NCBI GenBank assembly: GCA_963719085.1
Contig: CAVRAL010000004.1
Coordinates: forward strand, 992,001 to 1,056,000
DNA: 64,000 bases
DNA from: a candidate division FCPU426 bacterium
Lineage (GTDB): Bacteria; Oederibacteriota; Muellerivitia; Muellerivitales; Muellerivitaceae
Direction of reading: 5' to 3'
Shown here: piece by piece, positions 1 through 8,997 of the stretch
How positions within the stretch are numbered: the first letter of the stretch is position 1
Layout of the letters: each line of letters begins with the position of its first letter
Translations under genes and position numbers: made by a program
The notes under the pieces: generated by a model
Databases searched by the model: none
The model's input: only the letters and a program-made list of their open reading frames with translations
Told to the model about the DNA's origin: nothing

Positions 1-319
1 CCGCGGCGCCGGGCTTATCGCAGTCGGTGTCCTTGAGGTGATCGGCGCAAAGCCAATCGTCGCTTTCCTGATGCCAGTCATTGCCGGCGTTGGAGGCGTT
101 GGTCACCCAGTTATAGCCGGTCAGGCGGTTTCCCCCCAGCCGGCGAAGAGTGGCGTTCAAATCATCGGGATCCTGGTCGTTCAAGCCGTAAATATAAGGG
201 CTGATGGGTCCGATCACCTCGGCGGGCATGATCAGAAAATGAATGTCGGCGGCGCGCGAGAAAGCGGGGAAGAAAACGCTTAAAAATAAGAGGGTGAGTG
301 AGAGCCCGGCAAAATTCAC
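1..319 (-). CDS. Glycoside hydrolase family 44 (endoglucanase/xyloglucanase), 5' part, runs off window
   Basis: Not in the ORF track. Manual translation from GTG at 319 (AAAGGA upstream) gives MNFAGLSLTLLFLSVFFPAFSRAADIH...ISPYIYGLN...RRLGGNRLTGYNWVTNASNAGNDW, i.e. a signal peptide plus the GH44 N-terminal signature. Confidence 0.85.
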   Translation of the reverse strand, partial: MNFAGLSLTLLFLSVFFPAFSRAADIHFLIMPAEVIGPISPYIYGLNDQDPDDLNATLRRLGGNRLTGYNWVTNASNAGNDWHQESDDWLCADHLKDTDCDKPGAA

Positions 320-344
320 GCGTGGATCCTTTGGCCTAGGCGCC

Positions 345-1661
345 TCAATAATAGCTGTTGGCCCGGCGCTCGCCGACGATGTGATAATCCTTTTTTTCGA
401 TAGCTTGAACCACCCGGGGCCTGTCGTGGTAAAGCGAAAACTGAGCGTAGTTTCGGCAAGCGTAAGAAATTTGAAAGACGAAAGCCGCGGCCAGATAAAC
501 CCGGGTGAAAATTTTCCATTGGGGATTCGAGGAGAAGTGGTGATACACGTATAAAGAGTAAAGAAAAACCAGGGGGAAGTTGATGTAGTAAATATGCGAT
601 AGCGGCCATTTCACCGTGAACCAAAAGCTGATCCAAACCATCAAAAGATTGGCTAAAAGCAACCAACGCAGAATGGGCCAGTCCTTGAGCTCCGTTTTTT
701 TTCGGAACCAAAAAACTAAAAGAACAATGGCTTGAAGATAGCCCAGGATCCACAGAAAAGCCCCTGGAATCAGGGTAAAGAGAGAACCATCTAAAAATTG
801 AATCCGCAGCTGGGTATTGATGCCCAAATAGCGGGGCATCTCGTAACAAGCCAGGGTCAGGTACCTGGCCAAGATGGTGAAAAACTGGATGAAGTTTCCA
901 AAGTTAAAGGAAGAAGCGAAACCTGTGCCGCCGTGGCCCTGGGGTATGCCGAACTTTAAAAGCGTGGGAGCCATAAAGGCGAAGGCCGGAAGGGCGCCCA
1001 GCGCGGCGAAAACCACCCCAGGGATAACGGAGGAAGGTTTTTCTCGAAATTGAAGCAGCAGGGACAATCCTAAAAACCCGGTTAAATACATCCAGGACAT
1101 ATGAAATTGCATGACCCAAAAGATGGCGAAACCCATCAGCGCGTTGGCTTGCCAAGGGCGCAGAACGCCGATTTTGAAACCAGGCACGGTTTCAAAGAAG
1201 CCTATATAGAAAAGAATGCTTCCGAATAGGCACCAGGAAGGGTTGATGATGCTGGTGGACTCATGAAGGTTCCAGGGCAACACAACCAGGGAGGCGAAGA
1301 TGAACCAAGGGGAAAGATTCGGCACCTTTTTGGAGCAATACCAGGTAAAGAGGGCGATGGCGAAAAGGGATAATAGGTTTAAAAAGATATAAGGAGCTTC
1401 TGGAATGGGAAGCGCCCGTATGGGCAGGCTGATCAGAAGCCCTTCCAAGGCGCCGGGAATTTGGGTGGTGTAGCTGGTTTCGGAACCGTTCACATCGGGG
1501 CCGTAATAGGGCCAGGTATCGGTGGTATAGGTTTTCAACCCAATGAGATAGGTCTGGATTTCATCGGGGCTCCAAAAAGGCATGGTGAGTCCGAAACCCA
1601 GACGGAACAGATAGGCGGCCAGCAGAGCCAGGATGATTTTTTGGGTTTTAGAAAGCTTCAA
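345..1661 (-). CDS. Multi-pass membrane protein, probable GT-C fold glycosyltransferase (ArnT/PMT-like)
   Basis: 438 aa with about 11 hydrophobic segments and an acidic 'WSPDE' motif in the first loop after TM1, typical of GT-C enzymes. Confidence 0.55.
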   Translation of the reverse strand: MKLSKTQKIILALLAAYLFRLGFGLTMPFWSPDEIQTYLIGLKTYTTDTWPYYGPDVNGSETSYTTQIPGALEGLLISLPIRALPIPEAPYIFLNLLSLFAIALFTWYCSKKVPNLSPWFIFASLVVLPWNLHESTSIINPSWCLFGSILFYIGFFETVPGFKIGVLRPWQANALMGFAIFWVMQFHMSWMYLTGFLGLSLLLQFREKPSSVIPGVVFAALGALPAFAFMAPTLLKFGIPQGHGGTGFASSFNFGNFIQFFTILARYLTLACYEMPRYLGINTQLRIQFLDGSLFTLIPGAFLWILGYLQAIVLLVFWFRKKTELKDWPILRWLLLANLLMVWISFWFTVKWPLSHIYYINFPLVFLYSLYVYHHFSSNPQWKIFTRVYLAAAFVFQISYACRNYAQFSLYHDRPRVVQAIEKKDYHIVGERRANSYY

Positions 1662-1852
1662 ATTTTGGGGCCTTTTTTATTAATGGAAACTCATGCGACC
1701 TGACAAAAAGCGTGAGCGAGCGACCAAAAGTTTAGCAGGTCGGGCGTTCGGGCAAAAGGGCGAATTTTCGGCCCCGGACCGGGCTCGGATGGGGCCTGAA
1801 GTGGTATAGTAAAGGCGTTTTCCCTTTCCCACGCCTCCGGAAGGAGCCGGAC

Positions 1853-4800
1853 TTGACCGTCTTCTTATTTTCCGAAATTGACCATCCCGCCCTTTTTGAA
1901 GAAAGGGAAGCCCCCGAGACCGAGAATCTTCTCGCGGCCCAATATTTTCTTTTAGAGGAAATTTTCCACTCCCACGGAGCCACTTGGCTCAAACGCACGC
2001 CCACGGGGGTCTTCGCTTCCTATACGGAAGGCAAGCCTGTGGACGCCGCGCTGGCGGCCCTCGGGGAGTTTCAAAAACGCCAATGGGGAAGCTGGGGACA
2101 GACCCCTTTAAAGATCGCCTTGCACGCGGGAAACGCCGATCAATGGGATCAGGATTATCTGGGCCCGGATGTTTTACATAACCGAAAACTTTTGGACGCG
2201 GCTTGGGGAGGCCAGATTCTTTTAACGCCGGCGCTTTTAGAAGCCGCGGCCCTTCCCCCCCAAGCCTCGGCGAAGGATCTGGGTGTCCACCTGCTCAAGG
2301 ACTTGGCCCGCCCCCAGTCGGTTTATCTTTTACAGCACCCGTCCCTGTCCGCGCGGGAGTTCCCTCCGCTCAAGTCTTTGGCCGCCTATCCCAATAACCT
2401 CACGTACCAATCCACGCCTTTCTTTGGCCGCGAGGAGGAAGCCAGGCAAATTGAGGAGACCATCCTAAAAGACCCCGGCCGGTTGGTCACGCTGGCGGGC
2501 CCGGGTGGTTTTGGAAAAACCAGGCTGGCGCTCCAGAGTGCGGCGGATTTGGTGGACCACTTTCCCAACGGCGCCTTCTTCATTCCCTTGGCGCCCTTGA
2601 GCTCGGACCAGTTCATCGTGGAAAAGATCGCCAGCATCCTCCAGTTCGCCTTTAACGGCTTGGACGACCCCAAACAACAGCTCTTCCAGTTTTTGAAAGA
2701 AAAAAACCTGCTTTTGGTCATGGACAACTTCGAGCACATCCTGGAAGGCGCCAGTTTGGTCGGGGAAATTTTGAAAGCGGCGCCTTTCATCCGTGTTTTA
2801 GTGACCACCCGCGAAAAGTTGAAACTTCCCCTGGAAAAGGTTTTGGAAATCCGGGGACTCCGTTACCCCGCGGGCGCGGACGCTCATTGGCAGGCCTATA
2901 GCGCGGTTCAATTGTTCCTTAAGAGTGTCCGCAAGCAGGACGAGAATTTTAAACTCAATCCCGGGGACAGCGCGGCCATCGTGCGCATCTGCCAGATTTT
3001 GGAAGGGATGCCCTTGGGGATCGAGCTGGCCTCCACCTGGATTAAGACGCTGCCCTTGTCCGAGATTTCTGAAAAAATACAAAGCAACCGGGAAACGGTG
3101 GCCTTGGTTATGCCGCACCTTCCCAGCCGCCACCAAAGCCTGCGGGCCGTATTCGAGTATTCCTGGGTTTTATTAAGCGAGGATCAACGGCGGGTGCTGC
3201 GGACCGCTTCCGTGTTTCGCGGCGGGTTTTCTTTGGACGCGGCCCGTCAAATCGCCGGGGCCAGTCCCGCCAGTTTGAAGCAGCTGGAAGACAAGTTTTT
3301 GGTCCGGCACAAACCCCATGATCGCTTTGAGCTCCACGAGCTTTTGAAGTATTACGCCAAAGAAAAGCTTTTTGACACCCCTTCGGAAAAGGAAAAGGTC
3401 CAGGCGGCCCATTGCGCTTATTTCGCCAAACTGCTCCGTCGTAAAGAAAAAAAACTGATGGGGTCGTCCCAGCGCAAGACCCTGGAGGAACTGTTGGAAG
3501 AGATAGATAACATCCGGGAAAGCTGGACTTGGGCCGTGGACCGGGGCCTGGAAAAGCACCTGATGGATATGATGGACAGCCTGTTCACCATCCTTGGCAC
3601 CAAGACCTGGCTGGTCGAGGGCCGGGAACTTTTTTCCCGGGCGGTGGAGGTCCTGCGTAAACGCGCCTCCCAGCGTTCCAAGGCGGCGGGCACTTGGCTC
3701 CTTTTGGGAAAACTTTTGGCCCGCTGGGCTTCTTTCGAGCATCAATTGGGCGACCTGAAAAAGGCCAAGACACTTTATGAGGAGAGTTTGAGATCCATTA
3801 AGCGATCCAAAAACCGCAAGGCTTTGGGTTTTACCTTGAGCGGTTTAGGTTTGGAAGTCGAGGGGTTGGGCGGATACCGGCAATCCTTGGATTATTACCG
3901 CAAGGCCTTGGCCATTTATCGCGCGGAAAAAGACAAGGCGGGTTTGGCTTGGGCTTTGAATAATTTGGGCCAGCTTTCGCGCCGGATGGGCGATCATCGC
4001 GGGGCTCTGCGCCTGTGCCGGGAAGCCCTGCGCTATTACGAGTCGGTGGAGGATCCCCAAGGCCTCGGCTGGTCGCATAATTTGATCGGAGACATTTTGC
4101 ATGAGCTGGGGGATTACGAGGAAGCCCGGCAGCATTACCAACGGGGGCTTTCGGTTTATGTGGAAAGCGGCGACCGCAAGGGGGTCGCCTGGTCTTTCAC
4201 CAATCTGGGCCGGGTGATTGAGGCCACCGGTGATTTCAACGGCGCCCGTCAAATGTTCCGGGAAGGAATGGCCCTCGATAAAGAATTTGGGGAGCGGCGG
4301 GCGATGGCTTGGGCCTCGCTTTTAATGGGCCAGACTTGCTGGGCCTTGGGGGATTACGAGGAAGCCCAGCGGCATTACGAGGAGGGCGCTCGGCTTTATC
4401 AGGAAACGGGAGACCCCCGGGGTTTGGCCTGGAGCATGGATCTGCAGGGAAACCTGGCGGTGGCCCTGAGGGACTTTGAGGGGGCGGATCAGTTTTATGA
4501 CAAGAGCCAGGCTCTTTTAAAAAAAGAGGGGCCCAACGCGCTCAACCACGGGTGGCATTGCTATCACAAGGGAACGGTGGATTTTTTCAGGGGGCGTATC
4601 GGGCCCGCGCGGAAGTGGTTCGAGAAGGGTTTGGTGTTTTTTAAGAAAGTGAACGATCCGCTCGGTCAAGTGACCAGCTTGACCCATTTGGGGGAAGCGG
4701 CCCTCGAGCAGGGCCAAGTGGCGCGGGCGGAAAAATTTTTCGCCCAGGCGCTTCAGCTGGCCCTGCCCATCCGGCTGATCCCGCACGTGGTCGACTTGTT

Positions 4801-5092
4801 GGTGGCTTTGGCGAAATTGCTCAAGGCCAAAAACGACGAGCGCAGCGCCTTGGTTTTTTTAGTCGCGGCCTTGAACCAGCCCACCTGCCGCCGTCAAACC
4901 AAGGACAAGATCGTTCAGTTCGCCACCAAGCTGGAGGCTCAGTTTTCCACCGATGAGGTCCAAGACGCGGTCCAACAAGCCAAAGCCGCCCGGGTGGAGG
5001 ATTTGGCTCAGGCCTGGTTGAACCGTCCCAAGGCGGGCGCCAAACCTAAACGCAAATCGAAGGCCAAGAAAACCAAAAAGAAACGCGCTTAA
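1853..5092 (+). CDS. STAND (NB-ARC-like) ATPase with degenerate N-terminal class III cyclase domain and C-terminal TPRs
   Basis: TTG start with AAGGAG at 1841. Cyclase-like 'LKIALHAG..DYLGPDV..AAWGGQILL', Walker A GPGGFGKT, Walker B LLVMDNFE, 'LEGMPLGIELA', then multiple ~40-aa TPR-like repeats. Confidence 0.85.
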   Translation: MTVFLFSEIDHPALFEEREAPETENLLAAQYFLLEEIFHSHGATWLKRTPTGVFASYTEGKPVDAALAALGEFQKRQWGSWGQTPLKIALHAGNADQWDQDYLGPDVLHNRKLLDAAWGGQILLTPALLEAAALPPQASAKDLGVHLLKDLARPQSVYLLQHPSLSAREFPPLKSLAAYPNNLTYQSTPFFGREEEARQIEETILKDPGRLVTLAGPGGFGKTRLALQSAADLVDHFPNGAFFIPLAPLSSDQFIVEKIASILQFAFNGLDDPKQQLFQFLKEKNLLLVMDNFEHILEGASLVGEILKAAPFIRVLVTTREKLKLPLEKVLEIRGLRYPAGADAHWQAYSAVQLFLKSVRKQDENFKLNPGDSAAIVRICQILEGMPLGIELASTWIKTLPLSEISEKIQSNRETVALVMPHLPSRHQSLRAVFEYSWVLLSEDQRRVLRTASVFRGGFSLDAARQIAGASPASLKQLEDKFLVRHKPHDRFELHELLKYYAKEKLFDTPSEKEKVQAAHCAYFAKLLRRKEKKLMGSSQRKTLEELLEEIDNIRESWTWAVDRGLEKHLMDMMDSLFTILGTKTWLVEGRELFSRAVEVLRKRASQRSKAAGTWLLLGKLLARWASFEHQLGDLKKAKTLYEESLRSIKRSKNRKALGFTLSGLGLEVEGLGGYRQSLDYYRKALAIYRAEKDKAGLAWALNNLGQLSRRMGDHRGALRLCREALRYYESVEDPQGLGWSHNLIGDILHELGDYEEARQHYQRGLSVYVESGDRKGVAWSFTNLGRVIEATGDFNGARQMFREGMALDKEFGERRAMAWASLLMGQTCWALGDYEEAQRHYEEGARLYQETGDPRGLAWSMDLQGNLAVALRDFEGADQFYDKSQALLKKEGPNALNHGWHCYHKGTVDFFRGRIGPARKWFEKGLVFFKKVNDPLGQVTSLTHLGEAALEQGQVARAEKFFAQALQLALPIRLIPHVVDLLVALAKLLKAKNDERSALVFLVAALNQPTCRRQTKDKIVQFATKLEAQFSTDEVQDAVQQAKAARVEDLAQAWLNRPKAGAKPKRKSKAKKTKKKRA

Positions 5093-5108
5093 AATCCCAG
5101 CAGGCCGC

Positions 5109-5816
5109 CTACCAGTTCAGTTGCTTTCCATCGTGATAAATAAAGGTTCCCGTTTGGGCCTGGGTCAAGGCTTTGACCGACTTGACGATCGGCGTGGCGG
5201 CTTCCAAAGGTTTCAGCGGCGCGTTGGGGCCGCCCATATCGGTCTGCACCCATCCCGGATCCAGCACGAAAGACGCGATGTGGAGGCGTTTTAAATCAAA
5301 GGCCATGGTCCGGCTGAGCATATTGAGCGCGGTTTTAGAGACGCCGTAGGCGTAAAACCCGCCCTCAGCTTTTCCGGCCAAAGAGGCCAAGCCGGAGGTG
5401 AAGTGCACCACGCGGGCGTTGGATGATTTTTTGAGCAAGGGCAAAAAAGCGCGGGTGGTGCGCAAGGGGCCCAGCACATTGATCTCAAAAGCTTCCCGGC
5501 ATTTGGCCAGGTCGACTTCTTCCAGGGGCGCGTCCGCCGGCGGGGGAGAGATGCCGGCGATATTCATCAGGATGTCGATTTGCGTTACCGCCTTGGACGT
5601 TTCTTGGGCGGCCCTTTCCACCGACGCGTCGGACGAGGCGTCGTAGGGAACCAGACTCAGCTTGTCCCCATACTGATCCTTCAACTTCTTTAATTCCCCC
5701 GTATGCGCGGCGTCGCGCACGCCGGCGATGACCCGGTCCCCTTCCTTCAAAGCCACTTGAGTCACGGCCAATCCTAATCCCCGGCTGGCTCCGGTCACGA
5801 AAAAAGTAAGGGACAT
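5109..5816 (-). CDS. Short-chain dehydrogenase/reductase (C-factor/CsgA-like)
   Basis: TGASRGLG, YGVSK (YxxxK) and PGWVQTDMGG motifs. Start reassigned to ATG 5816 (GAGG upstream). Confidence 0.9.
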   Translation of the reverse strand: MSLTFFVTGASRGLGLAVTQVALKEGDRVIAGVRDAAHTGELKKLKDQYGDKLSLVPYDASSDASVERAAQETSKAVTQIDILMNIAGISPPPADAPLEEVDLAKCREAFEINVLGPLRTTRAFLPLLKKSSNARVVHFTSGLASLAGKAEGGFYAYGVSKTALNMLSRTMAFDLKRLHIASFVLDPGWVQTDMGGPNAPLKPLEAATPIVKSVKALTQAQTGTFIYHDGKQLNW

Positions 5817-6041
5817 GGTTTCCTCATTGAATTGATTTTTAAATCTTGAACCGCAAGAAGTGTAAAGCAGAGCCGGTCGGAATGGAAGCCGGCGGGTTGA
5901 AACGTGAAACCGAAAAAACTGAGCCGCTTCCGCCCCCAACCGCAAAAAGCTGGGGTAAACTGAGCTGGAGATCAGAGTTTATTCCAGCCAGTCCACGATC
6001 CTCGGCACTCCGCGGGGATTTTCTTTTTTGGGAGCCTAAGT

Positions 6042-8801
6042 TTGAAACGTTTTCTGAAAAAAATCGGAATGGTTCTGGCGCTGCTGGGCCTTCCTTGGAG
6101 CGCCTGGGCCGGCGCCAATTATGGACCGGGGAATTTTTCCTTTCCCCAAAACAAGGACAATCCTTACGGCATCCACGCCTCGGTTTATAACAACCAGGAT
6201 GTGATCGACGCCTATAACAAATGGTACGCCGATTGCGTTACCTCCACGGGCGCCGGAGGATTTCTTCGCCTGCAAAGGCCTAACGACTCCGGGCTTAATC
6301 TCAACTCCACCGTGTCGGAAGGCATTGGTTACGCCATGGTCATCGCCGTTTACATGAACGACGAAAACCTCTTCGATAACATTTGGAAATATGAGCAGCT
6401 GCATTTGGACGGCAATAAACTCATGAACTGGTACATCGACGCCAGCGGGGCGACCGATGGAACCGGCGGGGCGACGGACGCGGACGAGGATATGGCTTGG
6501 GCGCTTCTGATGGCCTCCCGCCAATGGGGCGGCAGCGGGACCCTCGGCGGCACTTACCTCAATTACGCCGTCAGCCAGATCAACAATATCTACGCCACCG
6601 AACTCAACAGCGGGATTCCGGACGGCGGAGACAGCTTCACCCCGATCAATCCCTCGTATTTCGCTCCGGCTTATTACCGTGAATTCGCCGCCGCCACGGG
6701 GCAAAGCGGCTGGTTGACGGTCGCGGCCAACTGTTACACCGTGCTCAATAATAATTTGGGGCAAGGCTACGGCAACGCCGCCAATGGCCTGGACTCCGCT
6801 TGGTGCACCAGCGCGGGCGTTTCCACCGCGACCAACGCCGCCCCCTATGACTATCAATATGATGCTTGCCGCACGCCTTTCCGCACTACGGAGGATTATC
6901 TGTGGTTTGGAACGGCCGCTTCGCAAAGCTACGCCACGCTGACCAGCAACTTTTTCTCGGGGGTAGGCGCTGTTTCCATCGTGGACGGTTATTACCTCAA
7001 CGGGACGCCGCACCCCCATTTGCCCACCCTGACGGTTTCCCAAAACCCCGGCACCCAGTCGGCGGCTTTTGTGGGTCCCGCGGGCGTGGGCGGCATGGTT
7101 TCCCACGCTTATCAGTCGTTTTTGGACAACGACTATCAGGATTTGGTGGGCTCCAAACTTTTGGTGGGGGGGACTTATTATGACGAATCCTGGACGGTCA
7201 TGTCGCTCTTGATGATGAGCGGCAATTTTCTGGACTACAATCTTTACACCACGCCCACTCCCACGCCGACCTTGACGGCTTATTCGCCGCTGACCATCCG
7301 GGTGGACGCCGGATCGGTGACCAACGTGGTCGACAGCGCGGGGGCCACTTGGTATGCCGACCAGCAGTTCGGCGGAGCCAACACCTGGGGCTATGACTCG
7401 ACCGACAAGGGAAGCACCTCGACCTACACCTCGGCCATTACCGGCGCGGCGGCGGGCCAGCAAGCGCTTTACCAAACCGAGCGCTGGGGTAATCCGCTCT
7501 ACCGGTTTACCGTGCCGAACGGCTATTACGTGGTCACGCTCAAGTTCGCCGAGAATTACGACGCCGATTCCCATGTGGGGGGGCGGGTCTTCAGCGTGGC
7601 GGCGGAAGGGACGCCCGTTATCACCAACTTGGATGTTTATAAAACGGTGGGAGAACACAAGGCTTATGACGTGCCCGTCACCGTGGTGGTCACCGATGGG
7701 GAATTGGATTTAGCTTTCAGCGCCACCGCCGATTCCTCCATCGTGGACGCTATCCAGGTATTGCGGGTGACTACGCCCCCGACCCCCACGGTGACAGCGA
7801 CCAAAACCATTACGCCCACCAATACGCCTACCATTGGCTCTCCCACCGCCACGATGACGGGAACCCCGCCCACGGCTACTCCGACCCCGACATTTACGTC
7901 GACCGCCTCACCTACGGTTTCGGCGTCGCCTACGGCCACGGCGACCCCGAGCCCGACCCTGACTTTCACCGTGACCCTCACGGCGACCATGACTAAAACC
8001 TTTACCTGGACCCCGACACTCACAGCAACTCCGTCCTCGACGAAGACGATGACCGCGACCTTGACCGCCACCAATTCTTTTACCCCCACGATCACCCGAA
8101 CCCCGACTTCTACGCCCTCGGTAACTTTGACGGCAACCGCGTCCGTAACCCCGACCATCACGATGACAAGAACTTCGACCCCAACCCCGACTTTGACACT
8201 GACGCCGACGATGTCCTTTACGTCGACCGCTTCAACGACTCCCACCCCGACGACGACGGTCTATCCCTCGGCCACCGCGACCTTGACCTTCACCCCGACC
8301 AAGACATTGTCCCCCACGCCGACCTTGACCCCTTCGCCGTCTCCCAGCGCCACGGTTTCACCGGTGCCGACCGCCAGCGCGACAAAAACCCCGACGGTCA
8401 CGCCAATGCCAAGCCCGACTTCAACTTGGACCGTTACCTTGACCGCGACTCTGGTCCCCACCGACACCCTGACGCCCACTCCGATCGCGACTTTGACTTT
8501 TACCGGCACTCCAGCCGCCCCGGTGGGAGTACCGGTGATTTATCCCAATCCCGCCAAAGGCGGTCAGGCCGTTTCGATCCAGCTTCCGGATTTTCCCGGG
8601 ACGGCCGTGATCGGGGTTAAGGTTTTCACGACGGCGTTTCGAAAAGTAAATCAGTTCAGCGCGATCAATCAAACCGGCGGAGCGAAACTATCGCTGCCTT
8701 TGAGTGACCAGGGGGGGACGCCCCTGGCGGATGGCCTTTACTATGTGATGGTGACTACGCCCAACGGACGGTCTATCGGCAAATTGTTGATTCTTCGTTG
8801 A
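6042..8801 (+). CDS. Secreted GH8 hydrolase + malectin-like CBM + Thr/Pro linker + T9SS-like CTD
   Basis: Signal peptide. GH8 motifs TVSEGIGYAM, ATDADEDMA, YDACR. Malectin 'LYQTERWG..VTLKFAE..RVFSV'. C-terminus YPNP..FTTAFRKV..LADGLYYV..GKLLILR. Confidence 0.9.
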   Translation: MKRFLKKIGMVLALLGLPWSAWAGANYGPGNFSFPQNKDNPYGIHASVYNNQDVIDAYNKWYADCVTSTGAGGFLRLQRPNDSGLNLNSTVSEGIGYAMVIAVYMNDENLFDNIWKYEQLHLDGNKLMNWYIDASGATDGTGGATDADEDMAWALLMASRQWGGSGTLGGTYLNYAVSQINNIYATELNSGIPDGGDSFTPINPSYFAPAYYREFAAATGQSGWLTVAANCYTVLNNNLGQGYGNAANGLDSAWCTSAGVSTATNAAPYDYQYDACRTPFRTTEDYLWFGTAASQSYATLTSNFFSGVGAVSIVDGYYLNGTPHPHLPTLTVSQNPGTQSAAFVGPAGVGGMVSHAYQSFLDNDYQDLVGSKLLVGGTYYDESWTVMSLLMMSGNFLDYNLYTTPTPTPTLTAYSPLTIRVDAGSVTNVVDSAGATWYADQQFGGANTWGYDSTDKGSTSTYTSAITGAAAGQQALYQTERWGNPLYRFTVPNGYYVVTLKFAENYDADSHVGGRVFSVAAEGTPVITNLDVYKTVGEHKAYDVPVTVVVTDGELDLAFSATADSSIVDAIQVLRVTTPPTPTVTATKTITPTNTPTIGSPTATMTGTPPTATPTPTFTSTASPTVSASPTATATPSPTLTFTVTLTATMTKTFTWTPTLTATPSSTKTMTATLTATNSFTPTITRTPTSTPSVTLTATASVTPTITMTRTSTPTPTLTLTPTMSFTSTASTTPTPTTTVYPSATATLTFTPTKTLSPTPTLTPSPSPSATVSPVPTASATKTPTVTPMPSPTSTWTVTLTATLVPTDTLTPTPIATLTFTGTPAAPVGVPVIYPNPAKGGQAVSIQLPDFPGTAVIGVKVFTTAFRKVNQFSAINQTGGAKLSLPLSDQGGTPLADGLYYVMVTTPNGRSIGKLLILR

Positions 8802-8975
8802 GAAGATAAACTTTATTAATTCTTTAATGGCAGTCAAAAATATCGATTTAACCGCTTCTTTTACCGATGAGAGCTGGATTGGGCTTTGCTTACCAGTGCC
8901 TGTATTTTTCAAGAGTTTTAAATTTAGGGTAAACTCTGCACTTGTCCTATTTGAGAAAAAACGTTTGCGAGACTT

Positions 8976-8992
8976 AAATCGTTTGAAGACGA
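8976..8992 (+). promoter_or_regulatory. Candidate LacI-family operator AAATCGTTTGAAGACGA
   Basis: Identical 17-mer at 36182-36198 and 15-mer at 58489-58503, each at a CAZyme start. Core AAnCGnTT has the central CG of LacI operators. Confidence 0.5.
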
Positions 8993-8997
8993 CCGGA

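Noticed and set aside
5846..6000. c-di-GMP-I or other riboswitch before GH8
   Set aside because: Only fragments (GCAAAA, CAGCCAG) resemble it, and I could not build the two-stem consensus.
8827..8997. Longest-ORF starts at 8827, 5945, 17962, 44737, 47394, 48393 and 57111
   Set aside because: Downstream starts fit signal peptides, RBS, ATGA coupling or domain boundaries better.
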